A stretch of DNA of 64,000 nt. It comes from Antedon mediterranea (Eukaryota > Animalia > Echinodermata). How positions within the stretch are numbered: the stretch's first letter is position 1; every line of letters begins with the position of its first letter. This document shows positions 40,501-50,938 of the stretch, in pieces. The stretch lies in the NCBI RefSeq assembly GCF_964355755.1, contig NC_092680.1:14827045-14891044 (forward strand), in the 5' to 3' direction. Position numbers and translations under genes: made by a program. The notes beneath the pieces are model-generated. The model worked only from the letters and a program-made list of their open reading frames with translations, did not search any database and had not been told where the DNA came from.

Positions 40501-43500
40501 CTTAAAAGTGGTGTTGATAGTGAAAGTCAACACACATTGATGAAGCCTCAAAAGTGGTGTTGATAGTGAAAGTCAACACACATTGATGAAGCCTCAAAAG
40601 TGGTGTTGATAGTGAAAGTCAACACACATTGATGAAGCCTCAAAAGTGGTGTTGATAGTGAAAGTCAACACACATTGATGAAGCCTCAAAAGTGGTGTTG
40701 ATAGTGAAAGTCAACACACATTGATGAAGCATCAAAAGTGGTGTTGATAGTGAAAGTCAACACACATTGATGAAGCCTCAAAAGTGGTGTTGATAGTGAA
40801 AGTCAACACACATTGATGAAGCCTTAAAAGTGGTGTTGATAGTGAAAGTCAACACACATTGATGAAGCCTTAAAAGTGGTGTTGATAGTGAAAGTCAACA
40901 CACATTGATGAAGCCTCAAAAGTGGTGTTGATAGTGAGAGTCAACACACATTGATGAAGCCTCAAAAGTGGTGTTGATAGTGAAAGTCAACACACATTGA
41001 TGAAGCCTCAAAAGTGGTGTTGATAGTGAAAGTCAACGAACACACATTGATGAAGCCTCAAAAGTGGTGTTGATAGTGAAAGTCAACACACATTGATGAA
41101 GCCTCAAAAGTGGTGTTGATAGTGAAAGTCAACGAACACACATTGATGAAGCCTCAAAAGTGGTGTGGATAGTGAAAGTCAACACACATTGATGAAGCCT
41201 CAAAAGTGGTGTTGATAGTGAAAGTCAACACACATTGATGAAGCCTCAAAAGTGGTGTTGATAGTGAAAGTCAACACACATTGATGAAGCCTCAAAAGTG
41301 GTGTTGATAGTGAAAGTCAACACACATTGATGAAGCCTCAAAAGTGGTGTTGATAGTGAAAGTCAACACACATTGATGAAGCCTCAAAAGTGGTGTTGAT
41401 AGTGAGAGTCAACACACATTGATGAAGCCTCAAAAGTGGTGTTGATAGTGAAAGTCAACACACATTGATGAAGCCTCAAAAGTGGTGTTGATAGTGAAAG
41501 TCAACACACATTGATGAAGCCTCAAAAGTGGTGTTGATAGTGAAAGTCAACACACATTGATGAAGCCTCAAAAGTGGTGTTGATAGTGAGAGTCAACACA
41601 CATTGATGAAGCCTCAAAAGTGGTGTTGATAGTGAGAGTCAACACACATTGATGAAGCCTCAAAAGTGGTGTTGATAGTGAAAGTCAACACACATTGATG
41701 AAGCCTCAAAAGTGGTGTTGATAGTGAAAGTCAACACACATTGATGAAGCCTCAAAAGTGGTGTTGATAGTGAGAGTCAACACACATTGATGAAGCCTCA
41801 AAAGTGGTGTTGATAGTGAAAGTCAACACACATTGATGAAGCCTCAAAAGTGGTGTTGATTGTGCTGCTCACAACACAGGGCCTTTCGGCCTTTGAGGGA
41901 AGAACAGAAAAAGGCCTTGAATGCCATTCCACGATAGTGGTATCATCCATGAGCCGCACCATTTCTTTTTCACCAGATGTTGCAATATTATTATCACGAG
42001 CACGAGGACATACTATTGTCAGAGAACAGAGAAGTACAATTATTTTTCGGCCTATCATCAGTTTTAAACTGCAATTTTCGGTCAGTCTATTGTATGATGG
42101 GAGAATCGGAATCAAGCCTTAGAATGAGATAGAATAACCAGCAACCTGTTTTCATGATGTGATCTAGTATAGGGGCACACCAGTACTGAACTGAAATAGC
42201 TTCTTCCGAACCACTTTGTTCAGCTTTTTTTAATGACCAACAACAGCAACTTAAATCTAATTAGGAAGTCTCATTCACAATTTTCAATATAAATGTTCAC
42301 TTGCTACCAACTTACCCTTTACTTTTGGATTTCAATCCAAGTTCTTGAGCTAATCGGTGTATATATGCTCTTTCAGTAGATGTCAATGAAGAGGGGAATT
42401 CCAACACTACAGTTAAAAAACAAAACGACTTTTATATTGATATTTTACAAATATGTAGTACAAAATACTATAACTATACCGTCTGTTGTAGAACATGATG
42501 GGCAAGTTGAACGAAAAACAGTTGAACCTTCCGTACCCGGCCACCCGAAAAATTTGTATTGACTCTACAGAACTAAAATACAATTTTCGTACTTATTGTG
42601 CTTTATATATTAGCTTTATTTCAAAGTGGTTTTAAAAACATTTCAGTGAAGAACATTCCTGTGTTTTTGAGAAAACTGCACATACTGTACTTTGACCGAC
42701 CATTTTCATGATAAAAGCTTCTAATATTTGTCTGAAAATCATAAATAATACTAAACGTCCTGATCATAAACAATAAAATACAATTATCTGGAGAATTTAG
42801 AGGCCTGTTGCATTTAAGAACGCCGAAAATATCGTGCATAGCCATAATACGTGATTTTGGCCCTCTATCGGCAGAATAGGCTATCAAATGGCAAATTATC
42901 AAAACCTTTGAAATAAAAATAAAATGAATAAAAATGAACACACACAAACAACACGATTCCAAATGGTTTTATAATTGTTGAACATGAAAACAACTTAACA
43001 ATTCGTGTTGCTGCAGCAATGTATTTTTCATCGATTTATGTTAAACTTTTTTATTTTATCTATAGTGTATGTATCAAATAATTAATGCACCATAAAAAAC
43101 ATCCAAAATAATATAATTTGGCATTTTATACTTTCATTACTGTTTGCATGCATCATCTAATTCACACAGCACAATTTTTCTTAGCGTCTTTTATTTTTGC
43201 AAAGTCTAAACAGTCAAAAGTAAAGTATAAAGTTCCATATCTAGTATTGCTTTCATTTTTTGTCTACAATATTTCAAAGTGAAGGGATAGTGTATAACAA
43301 AATCAATGGCCGTAAATACAGTAGTTCCGAATTTTATTATTTTAATAATTTGTCAAAGAACTTTTATCAGAGTGCGCTTTTATTATGCCTAGGGGACAAA
43401 ATTGGCCACTATGTATTCAATTATTCTTACTACAAAAAAAAGATAAAAACATAATAGATTTTCAGTTATTGTTAATTTGTGGGGTACAATTTTCCACATT

Positions 43501-43689
43501 GCACTATGCCTATCATTTCAAATGATGTACAGCTTCATTTGAATTGACTGTAAAATGTTTATTTTGTTTACCAGTTTGAGATTCATCATATCTGAATTCT
43601 TCGACTGAAGCACCAACTCCAATCCTAAGAGATTCTTCTACACAAATTGGTTTCTGTCTCCAGCTTTCTTTCTTTTTAGTTTTATACAT
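16562..43689 (-). CDS. YTHDC2: 3'-5' RNA helicase YTHDC2 (R3H, DExH RecA1, ankyrin, RecA2, HA2, OB, YTH), ~1462 aa
   Basis: 31 coding exons, all GT-AG and phase-consistent (4389 nt): 43689-43572, 42406-42316, 40201-40008, 39786-39581, 38837-38671, 37898-37796, 36657-36501, 32089-32035, 31701-31649, 31215-31097, 30610-30475, 29539-29413, 28057-27992, 27672-27497, 27145-26967, 26737-26657, 26184-26102, 25586-25361, 24507-24342, 24157-24051, 23456-23362, 22987-22811, 22503-22369, 21732-21501, 21201-21106, 20153-20057, 19868-19758, 18974-18682, 18285-18155, 17501-17417, 16888-16562. Motifs: [16 protein letters not shown] (R3H), [34 protein letters not shown] (ankyrin), [19 protein letters not shown], and the YTH segment YFVMK...[20 protein letters not shown]. 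Confidence 0.96.
18440..18650 (-). mobile_element. tRNA-derived SINE (CORE-like central domain)
   Basis: On the minus strand: A box TGGCGCAGTG, B box GGTTCGAATCC, then TTGGCAAGATATTTTAC..TGCCTCTCTCCACTCAGGTGTA, resembling CORE-SINE bodies as recalled. Confidence 0.65.
19002..19462 (+). mobile_element. 5'-truncated Penelope-like retroelement (Naiad-like GIY-YIG C-terminus plus 3' region with hammerhead)
   Basis: Encodes [30 protein letters not shown]...[19 protein letters not shown] (CxLC..EK, LN and CRH signatures). Flanked by a 14-bp direct repeat TAAATATAAATTAT (18988-19001 and 19463-19476). Confidence 0.85.
19307..19362 (+). ncRNA. Type I hammerhead ribozyme (Penelope-associated)
   Basis: Stem I TCAC/GTGA; core CTGAAGA (19311-19317); 11-bp stem II GTGCGGCCAGC/GCTGGTCGTAC with TACAT loop; GAAA; palindromic stem III ACAAATTTGT; GUA cleavage triplet ending at 19358. 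Confidence 0.85.
20190..20878. repeat. 32-bp minisatellite (GAAAACATTCTGCAAATAGCTACCCATTGTGT), ~21 copies
   Basis: Visible tandem array inside a YTHDC2 intron. Confidence 0.95.
23615..24026. mobile_element. Tc1/mariner (pogo/Tigger-type) MITE
   Basis: TA-CAGTAGAACCTT...AAGGTTCAACTG-TA termini, with subterminal ATTTTACGTACG / CGTACGTAAAAT. Confidence 0.75.
24866..25265. repeat. ~100-bp tandem repeat, 4 copies
   Basis: GTATACAAGTTGAAATTGTCAACGCCCACAACAGCAT...AAACGCAGGTACACAA is repeated with a variable A-run. Confidence 0.9.
28177..28417. repeat. 60-bp tandem repeat, 4 copies
   Basis: TTATTCATCGTAAATCACTGACGAATGCTAGGCTGAGAAGCTAGCCATTAAAAAAGGCAG repeated four times. Confidence 0.95.
28599..28877. 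mobile_element. PIF/Harbinger-type MITE
   Basis: TIRs AGCCTGGTTTTCATAAAATCGCTA / TAGCGATTTTTATGGAAACCAGGCT, with TTA on both flanks (28596-28598 and 28878-28880). Confidence 0.85.
29302..29440. repeat. 47-bp triple tandem duplication spanning a YTHDC2 exon end and its 5' splice site
   Basis: CTTACATGTCATTTGATGCTCTGATATTAACAT occurs three times, with the donor G at 29412, 29365 and 29318. Confidence 0.92.
33015..33144. mobile_element. hAT-type MITE
   Basis: CAGTGGCGTAAC...GTTACACTACTG termini with an 8-bp TSD GACAAATT (33007-33014 and 33145-33152). Confidence 0.85.
33392..33720 (-). mobile_element. Near full-length tRNA-derived Deu-domain-like SINE
   Basis: On the minus strand: A box TGGCCGAGCGG (head duplicated), B box GTTCGAG, then TCTTCTCGGATAAGGACTATAAACCGTAGGTCC...TTAAAGAACC...GAGTAGGGGGTTACCCCGGTG, and an AT-rich tail. 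Confidence 0.75.
33883..35736 (+). CDS. TRIM-NHL E3 ubiquitin ligase (RING, B-box1, B-box2, coiled coil, NHL repeats; TRIM2/3/71-like), 617 aa, intronless CDS
   Basis: RING CSVC...[15 protein letters not shown]...CPICR; B-boxes [17 protein letters not shown] and [23 protein letters not shown]; helical Lys/Glu-rich segment; NHL-type repeats ([32 protein letters not shown]). The ATG directly follows TATTGCAG|G, a likely acceptor for a 5' UTR intron. Confidence 0.92.
   Translation: MASNDLSLLGDIDENVLKCSVCNGRLEDPKSLSCSHSFCLKCLEKWVQTNGKLTCPICRKLDSIPEGGLEKLAENLFLNYLLETIQQHEKNDEMKCICESAEQATHYCKQCRHYLCYECSNHHKKLPITANHMLFAVEEQLMTEKSKSATLDTPMCFFHTKPLEMYCIKCKVPICIECTEMKHEAGDGKHELINIATAFKTFETQTSVELKKDANESFEKIENALKVVTKNAKELEDSKETSLRDIDNKVQDILKIIKKKGDELKKKVETFYENEKKANDVLMTRLRTINLSFLNRLLTSKAAPNIESSEIVLNKLKDEINNYEKIHQDSKQIAFIQNNLIDYIQRNNIGNVTLRPLTIKLKKHPFGVAKCDDDCLLVSFYTNTIYKYKLSGKYISNITLPEGVKVEGLYKMRNGNIVFSDEGNRCIQVCDNNGHVIRSIGKGVFSCGIHKDESLNVLYVADMIGCVLIFDINSGKQLNKIQMQKSIQYINGQQVRSLSYYDVTLSKTGKILVADQKQSQVLLYDNKDKSIKILINKGDLNGSVNKPRGVVVDDDDNIIVASCNKLQLFSSDGKFIRRIDQQDDGINDPRQLCIISHNPCKVAVVSYGDRTIKTFNY
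36802..37418. mobile_element. Kolobok-type non-autonomous DNA transposon
   Basis: TTAA-AGACACCTTCCCTAC...GTAGGGAAGGTGTCT-TTAA: perfect 15-bp TIRs, AG/CT termini and a TTAA TSD. Confidence 0.85.
40243..41860. repeat. 46-bp minisatellite (GTGAAAGTCAACACACATTGATGAAGCCTCAAAAGTGGTGTTGATA), ~35 copies
   Basis: Highly homogeneous head-to-tail array filling most of the YTHDC2 intron at 40202-42315. Two units carry a 4-bp insertion. Confidence 0.97.
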
Positions 43690-45126
43690 TTTTCTTGAAA
43701 CCTACAGTAATGTATAAAATAATAATCAGTTAATTTGTTTGATTTAGGTCGTGTTTTTCATTTGATTTATGTCCCATTTTTTATTTGATTTATAGGTAAA
43801 TGTGACCACCAATTCTGAGCATAATTAACAAAATATCAAATAATAATAGTAAATACACAAAGAAAAATACACCCAAAAAATAGTTTGGTATTCTATATTT
43901 TCGTTAGTGTCCACGTGCATCATCTATTTTCGACTACTGTTTCACCACCATGTGCACTTTTTTGTGTTGATTTCAAGTCCGTAAGCATGCTATAGTTAAT
44001 TAATTATTCCCATATAACTTCCCATCTTAATTCTATAAATTATCAATTCACATTAAAAATGTTTCAAATTGCCGACTGACTGAGAGAGTGCATGTCCTCT
44101 CTCATCTCATGCACGTTGTCACTTTCTGATGCGCACTCTAGCCTAGATTAATATTCACCCAGCACAATTTTTTTCATTTATTTTCGTAAAGTCCCATATC
44201 CAGTATTGTTTTTCATTTTTGAGCTTACACTACAGATATTTCAAAGTGAAGGAATAGGGCCTAAACGCCTAGGTCGCGATCCAAATCGGTCGCGCATCAC
44301 AACTGTCGTGGTGTTATGCATTTCGGTCGTTGCACTGCTTCACGTCGTATGTAAATTAGCTGATAGTAATAGTATGGAGCGCCGTTCGCCAATATATAAC
44401 GGTTTTATTAGTACTAATACTACAGTATTTATTACGTTCTTTATAAAGTAATTAATTTTTAAATGTATGGATGAAACTTAATGGACTTTCTCTCATTACA
44501 GAACTAAGAAATATGAAATACAGCAACAGTACTAATAAAACTAGTGGGTCATACAATTGACATTGACAAGTGAAAAAACATGCAAAGAAAAATATACATA
44601 AGGTACGTTTGGCAGGCCATATATACGCGACCGGTTCGAAATGCGAGCGATTTGAAAAGCGACTGATTCAAAGCGCGACCTATTCCAAACGCGACCGAAA
44701 TGATCTGTATATTTGTAACCCGTGTAGGCCTAGTCCGGCCTAGGGCCAGTAACAGTAGGTCAGGACTAGCCTATGGCATTATAACAAAATCAAATAATGG
44801 CCGTAAAAAAATAGTTCCGAATGTTGTTCTTATTAAATTGTATCACAAGCTCACTCATCGAAAGAACACCTTTAATTTATTTTATAGTGAAAAATGATAA
44901 ATCATTCATTCATTTTCGTTAACCCGATCGCCTTTCCTTTATTTTTAGAATGAGCCCGAACGTTCTCACGTACACAACAGACAGTCAGTTGGGCCCGAAC
45001 GTCCACACGCGTTTTGGTACCCCATCGTCTTGTTGGAATAAACCCGATCGTCCATCATGATTCATGGGCCCGATCGTCTGTCAATCGTAAGTCGTGCATT
45101 ACTAGTATTTATATTTAAAAACTTAC

Positions 45127-45855
45127 GTCACAAATAGTCTATTGTAAAAAGCTAGGCCTCATTAATTACAATACTTTTTAGGCCTAGCCTAGCCTTCTAG
45201 GAGTATCCGCCTTCTACACATGGGGGGGAGACCGTTTGGTGGATATCGGCGGCGTTTGCTACGGCGCGCGATGGTGGTACATGGTCACTGTATAGTATAC
45301 AGCCGTTGATCTAATTTTTATTTTCTATTGGTACGGCTAACCATGATGGAGGTATCAAGAACTCCAGAGTGTCATACTTTTTCATAGAAAATAATAAATT
45401 AACATTTATACTTTCATTTGAATGATTTCAAATGAGTTTGAAGTCTAAATTTTGAAAACCACTTGAACATCTCAATGGACTGAATATGTTTTGTAGCACG
45501 TTAACTGTTCCTATAAGTAACATTAAATGAACAAACAGTTGCCTTTCCGATAGCCACATTGGGTAGATAAGCTGAAATAGTATGGTGTTACAGTTATTAT
45601 TTCTGCTCTCCTACTTAATGAGAATAAAAATTACTTTGTACTTTAAAAAACGAAAAGCTAACTGTAATAGTTTACAGAAAATATTTACTTTTAAGGTATT
45701 ATTTAAAAACCAGGTTAATTGAAATGATTATTATTAAATTAAATTAAATAAATGAATTTTAATTATTTTCGAGAGGGAGTAGCAAGCAAAGAAATAATGT
45801 CATGGTGATGACGTTCTTAAAATCACTCAAGCAAAAAGAAGTAAACAAAAACAAC
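45127..45855. promoter_or_regulatory. Putative bidirectional promoter between YTHDC2 (-) and PMVK (+), including a probable non-coding first exon of YTHDC2
   Basis: Minus-strand donor GAC|GTAAGT at 45127/45126 could pair with the acceptor at 43702. CpG-rich patch at 45205-45305 in an otherwise CpG-poor background. PMVK ATG lies ~730 bp from the donor. Confidence 0.55.
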
Positions 45856-48800
45856 ATGGAAGTGAAGCAAAAGTTGTCCCTTATTTTGATTCTGAGTGGC
45901 AAGCGAAAATCTGGTAAAGATTTTATTGCCCAACTCATACACGAAAGGTGAAACACAAATAATTATTTAATTTAAATGTAAAATAGTTTTTTCCAATTTC
46001 ATAGAGCCTTGTTCATTTATGTAATTAAAATAATTTCTGGCATATAATATATGCTGAACTGCGATGTATTCATTTTAATTTCACGACCGGTCCTTTAAAA
46101 TATAACCGCTTTCACTAATTTAGTTTGCAGATACTGTAATGGCTGTCTCTTAATTGGGTCTGACGAATTAGCACATAAAACCCCATTGAATTAAACCACA
46201 CCGAACGCATGCTGAACCACACCGAACCCCCATTGATTGAACCAGGTCTGACAAAATACCCTGTTCCGGCATGTGAAAGACCCATCCGGCCATCTGTCTC
46301 GAGCCTCCTGTCCCTCCCTCTAGGAAAATGATGAAAAAAGATGATGGTGAGAAGGCCGGTGGGTTTGGTGTACTGGTCCAAATGGGTTGTGTGGTCGGGG
46401 GATTAAAACCTACTCTTTTTTAATGTCAGGTTTTCAGGTGGTGGAGACATTGTCAATTTCAGAGCTCAATTCTATTTTTCACTCGGCCATTTGTTTAATT
46501 TTCTTTTACTGTAAACGATTTGTGAGGTTTTAAATCGAAAAAGCAGCTTAATACATGTACATGACGGACATACCCTAAAAATGTTTGTTGTTTTTCAACC
46601 ATTTTTTTGTTAGGTATCGACCAAACAGCTGTATAATTCGATTATCTGCACCACTGAAAGAACAGTTTGCCAAGGTAAATGAAAAAATAAATTGTGAATT
46701 GAATATAAATAGGTGTGTTTGTAAAATTTAATGTAAAATAAAGCACGGCAAAGTAGGCCTACAAATAAAACTACAATCAAAATGTTTTTTTTCTATATAG
46801 ATATAAATAAGAACAAAACAAAACTGAGGAACGATAAATTAACAATTTTGTTCTATATACAGTACATACTTGTGTGTCATCATAACCATAACTCATTGTA
46901 TTGTATTTTTTCATCAAAATAGTTGATTCATTACAATATGTCTTTATTATATATCATTGTCACGAACTCCTCTTACGTATGTTTTCGAGCGGTTGAAAAT
47001 ACTTTAGGAACAACTCCCTTGTGACATAAAAGTATACACACAAAATCCACAAAGTTGAAAAATAACTCAAAACAAAGCTTTAATTTTGATCAACTTCAAC
47101 TTTCAACAATCCAGTATATAAAGCACTTAAACAACAGCGTCACAATAACTTTTACAATCGAATATCCAACCTCTAATATCCAACAACCTTACAATAGTTT
47201 TACATCGCTTTATAGATGTTCCTATCCTTCTAGATCATTCTTTATACTTCTTATTCTATTGGATTACAGTTTCTATTAATAGCACTTCTGGAATGTTCCT
47301 GATTGTTCTTATTATTATACATGGTTTCTTAAATCAAAACATCTTATTCTAGAATGTTCATGTAAACACTATGATACTGTATCTGTTAGGAATGGTAATT
47401 TATTACAATCATGTATTATTATATAATAAAGAAAGTAACAATTGTTTACGGTATCTTTTTTTAAAAAGGAAAATGAGATGAATTTCACAGAACTGCTTTC
47501 ATCTTCAGAATACAAAGAAATGTGTAGAGCCAAAATGATTACTTGGGGAGAAGAACAAAGAAAACAGAACCTTTCTGTATTTTGTGAACTAGCAACTAAA
47601 GACAAATATGATATTCCAATTTGGATAATTAGTGATGCACGTAGAAAAACAGACATTTTGTACTTTCAAACCAAATACTCAGATATTGTAAAGACTGTGA
47701 GAATCACAGCTGACATGTCTGTAAGACAAAGCAGAGGCTTCAACTTTGTGCCAGGTTTGTAAAATTTAACATTTAGTGCCTATGGTGGTAGTTCCTATTT
47801 TAAGAGCAATTGACACAAAACATTTCTAACAAAATAGAAAGACAAAAAAGGGAACTTTTAGTTTTAAGTTAGTGAATTTTTAAAGATCGTTTCCACCAAA
47901 AACATTAAAAAAACATTAAAAAAATAAAAAAGACTTTAAATATGCCATTTCACAGTGTTGATCACTTCTGTAAAATAAAAAAAATAATGTTTTACTTATA
48001 AAAAGACAAAATAAATAGTTAAACTCAACCAAAACCTATTGACTTCCTCCAGTCAATTTTACTATGTTTTGCTTTAAATTACAGTTTTTAGGCAAATTGT
48101 TTTTTTCAATCCAATTTCTGGTCAAAGTGAACTATTATGTGACATTAAAATGGCATAATTCAACAAAAACATTTAAACAAATTATTATTTTTTTTTAAAT
48201 CTTGTATTTATTATTGCTAGAAAATTTGAATTAAAAGCTAGTATTTCCAAAGTTATGAGTTCAAATCTTGACTGATGCCATTCTCATCTTACAAAGGCTT
48301 TGTTTTTAATGCATCATGTCTATGTTTGTCAACATCTATACAGATAAACTACTATTAAAATTGAATCGGGATGACAAAAATAGCTGCCATATACTGTATC
48401 TGTTTAAAGATTATTCTTTAGTCTAAAAAATAATAACCTAATATATTATGAAGAAAATCAAATTTTTTAAACAGTAAATTTTTTATAAATTAACATTAGT
48501 GTATGACAATAAAATGAATAATTTCTTGATAAGTTTTTGCATAAAGATAGTATAATAATAAGTTCTTGTTGATGATGCTCTTAACATCTTGCAACACCGA
48601 CCTTAGTGGTGCCCGACTATGTAAGAGATGCTGACTAGGTAGGAGATGCTGACTATCTCAGTTCTTCTAAATCTATGGAACATACACACAATTGGCTAGC
48701 TTTAAAGGCTTATACAGTGTATCTTAGGGACAGACATCTTAGAAACATTTTTTCACTTTTTTTATAGACGTCATTTTAACAAACTTGTATCCAGAGTGGA

Positions 48801-49132
48801 GGTTTGAACAACCTCCTTTATTCCTTTTCAAACTAAATACCACTAACGGAGGTGATGGTAAATAGTCCTCTAAAGCCTTTATACAATTTCTTCCCCATTT
48901 TGTGTGTAAAAATCCTGGCTATGGGCTTCAAATGTATTACTTTTGTATTTTAAGATTGTATTGTTAATTATTCCCTATAGGAATAGATGATGCAGAATCT
49001 GAGTGTGGACTTGATGATATTGAAGATTGGAATTTTAAAGTAATAAATAACAACAGAGAAGAAGATAAACTAGAAACTCAACTTGCATTAATCTTTGAAA
49101 GTCTTAATAAATACACAAACAAGGTTTCTTGA
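45856..49132 (+). CDS. PMVK: Phosphomevalonate kinase (animal type), ~196 aa
   Basis: Exons 45856-45947, 46614-46674, 47469-47754, 48981-49132 (591 nt). Motifs SGKRKSGKDF, RLSAPLKEQFA, YKE..RAKMITWGEEQR, IWIISDARRKTD, GIDDAESECGLD. An alternative in-frame ATG lies at 45802. Confidence 0.95.
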
Positions 49133-49593
49133 TAAGACGTTTAAAAATATGAATTTATGGACACTAGCAAAATAATAATCTATTCAAGAAGAATAGCGTA
49201 ATAGATGATGATGATGATGATCAAAGATGGATATAACATGGTATTATTTTGTATGCTACATGCATGAACATATTTTTATTAAAATTTTGACCTTATGCCA
49301 ACTGACGAAATGGTATACATAATCTTTTGACCAAAATATCTTGAAAATACTTCCTACCTATACCAAATGAAATGTGTTAATGAAAGTTAAAGCATAATAC
49401 ATGCATTCCCTAACAAAATCATAACATTTAGATACTCCACTGGAGCATCCTCAAATTAGAAACAAAACTGTGGTGGTGTTGTTTTTTAACGAACTGATTC
49501 AAATTACTTCAAAAGATTTCTTTAAAAAAGTCAGATTTATCAACAGGAAGATTTTGTTGATCTTAACACAAGTTGAGAGAAGTAACGTTACCA

Positions 49594-49828
49594 TCCATAT
49601 CACCACTATCGTCCGTATCACCACTATCGTCCGTATCACCACTACTGTCCGTATCACCACTACCGTCCGTATCACCACTACCGTCCGTATCACCACTATC
49701 GTCCGTATCACCACTACCGTCCGTATCACCACTATCGTCCGTATCACCACTATCGTCCGTATCACCACTATCGTCCGTATCACCACTATCGTCCATATCA
49801 CCACTACCGTCCATATAGTCACTACTGT
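49594..49828. repeat. 18-bp minisatellite (TCCGTATCACCACTA[T/C]CG), ~13 copies
   Basis: Visible tandem array between the convergent PMVK and AAGAB stop codons. Confidence 0.95.
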
Positions 49829-50938
49829 AATATACCGTCTGAGGTTTTAACTGTATTAAAGACTACTCACTTGGTTGATTGAAATATCACAGTTGTTTAT
49901 TCAGTAATACGGTATATAATATAATACACTATACAAAACAAATTCAGGAATAATACAAGATAATACGGTAATAAAGAAACAGAGGATGAATGATGCTGTA
50001 AGTGAAGTGTGGCTGTAGATGTGCTTTTGAGCAAGTGTCTACTGTAAGGTGTGTGCTCGAAGAAGTTATAAAATAAAGTTAGTTTAACCAAATTTGTTTA
50101 TTCGTACTGTTTTATTATTTTGCTATGAGTTGTTGATTGGAAAAGTTGGGGGTGGGTTACTATTTTCAGGTGCCTAATTTAAAATTAGTTATAGTAACCC
50201 ACTACTCTAGTAACACCCCTTCTAATAGTAACCCACTACTCTAATAGTAACCCACTACTCTAATAGTAACCTACCCTAAAAAACAATCAAAGAATAATAA
50301 CCCAGGGTTACAATTAGAAGAACTACGGTAACTTTATCAAAACTACAAAATGGCCAATTCAAAATCTGATTTTATTAATCTTTATTTTTCATGTTTTTGG
50401 GGACAATATATCTTTAACCACTGTAAATGAATCCTACGACACACCCTCAGTTTCATGTGAACAGAGATTTTAAATTTATTAATGGTTGTTCACATGGAAT
50501 GCAGTTTTCCTTGTCCATACATATCTGGTATCTTCTCCATTGCGTTTTCTCCATTTTCTCCATCAAACACTGATTAAACTCTGGAGAAACATTTAAATGT
50601 GTCGGACGCTCTAGTACCATTAACTATGACAGGAGCAATGCTGGAGTCTTTCAAAATACAGTTAAATAAATTGTTCAGCCACATGTTGCGTTCTAAACCT
50701 AAACATTTAGAATCGGTACCATTCTCATTGCATCTCCATAGTTTGGAGAGCGGAATACATTCAGCTGTTCAACCCTGATGCTTTGAAAGTTGTTGCTGTA
50801 ATTTACACCATACAAAACACAGATGTTGACGCCCTGTTGTATGTAAACTCAGTTTTGTAGATGCTAAGGGCGTTATTCGATTCCTAATATTGCATTTTTC
50901 TTTTATATTTGTGTTATATTTAAAAAAAATATATGTTA

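Noticed and set aside
40243-41860. Long regular array that could be mistaken for a CRISPR locus (likewise 3470-4007, 13970-14642 and 20190-20878)
   Set aside because: Units are head-to-tail with no unique spacers, there are no cas genes, and the context is eukaryotic introns or UTRs.
49470-49850. Four overlapping ORFs with repeated hexapeptides (GDTDDS, ITTIVR, SVSPLS)
   Set aside because: They are by-products of a stop-free 18-bp minisatellite, with no splice or promoter context.
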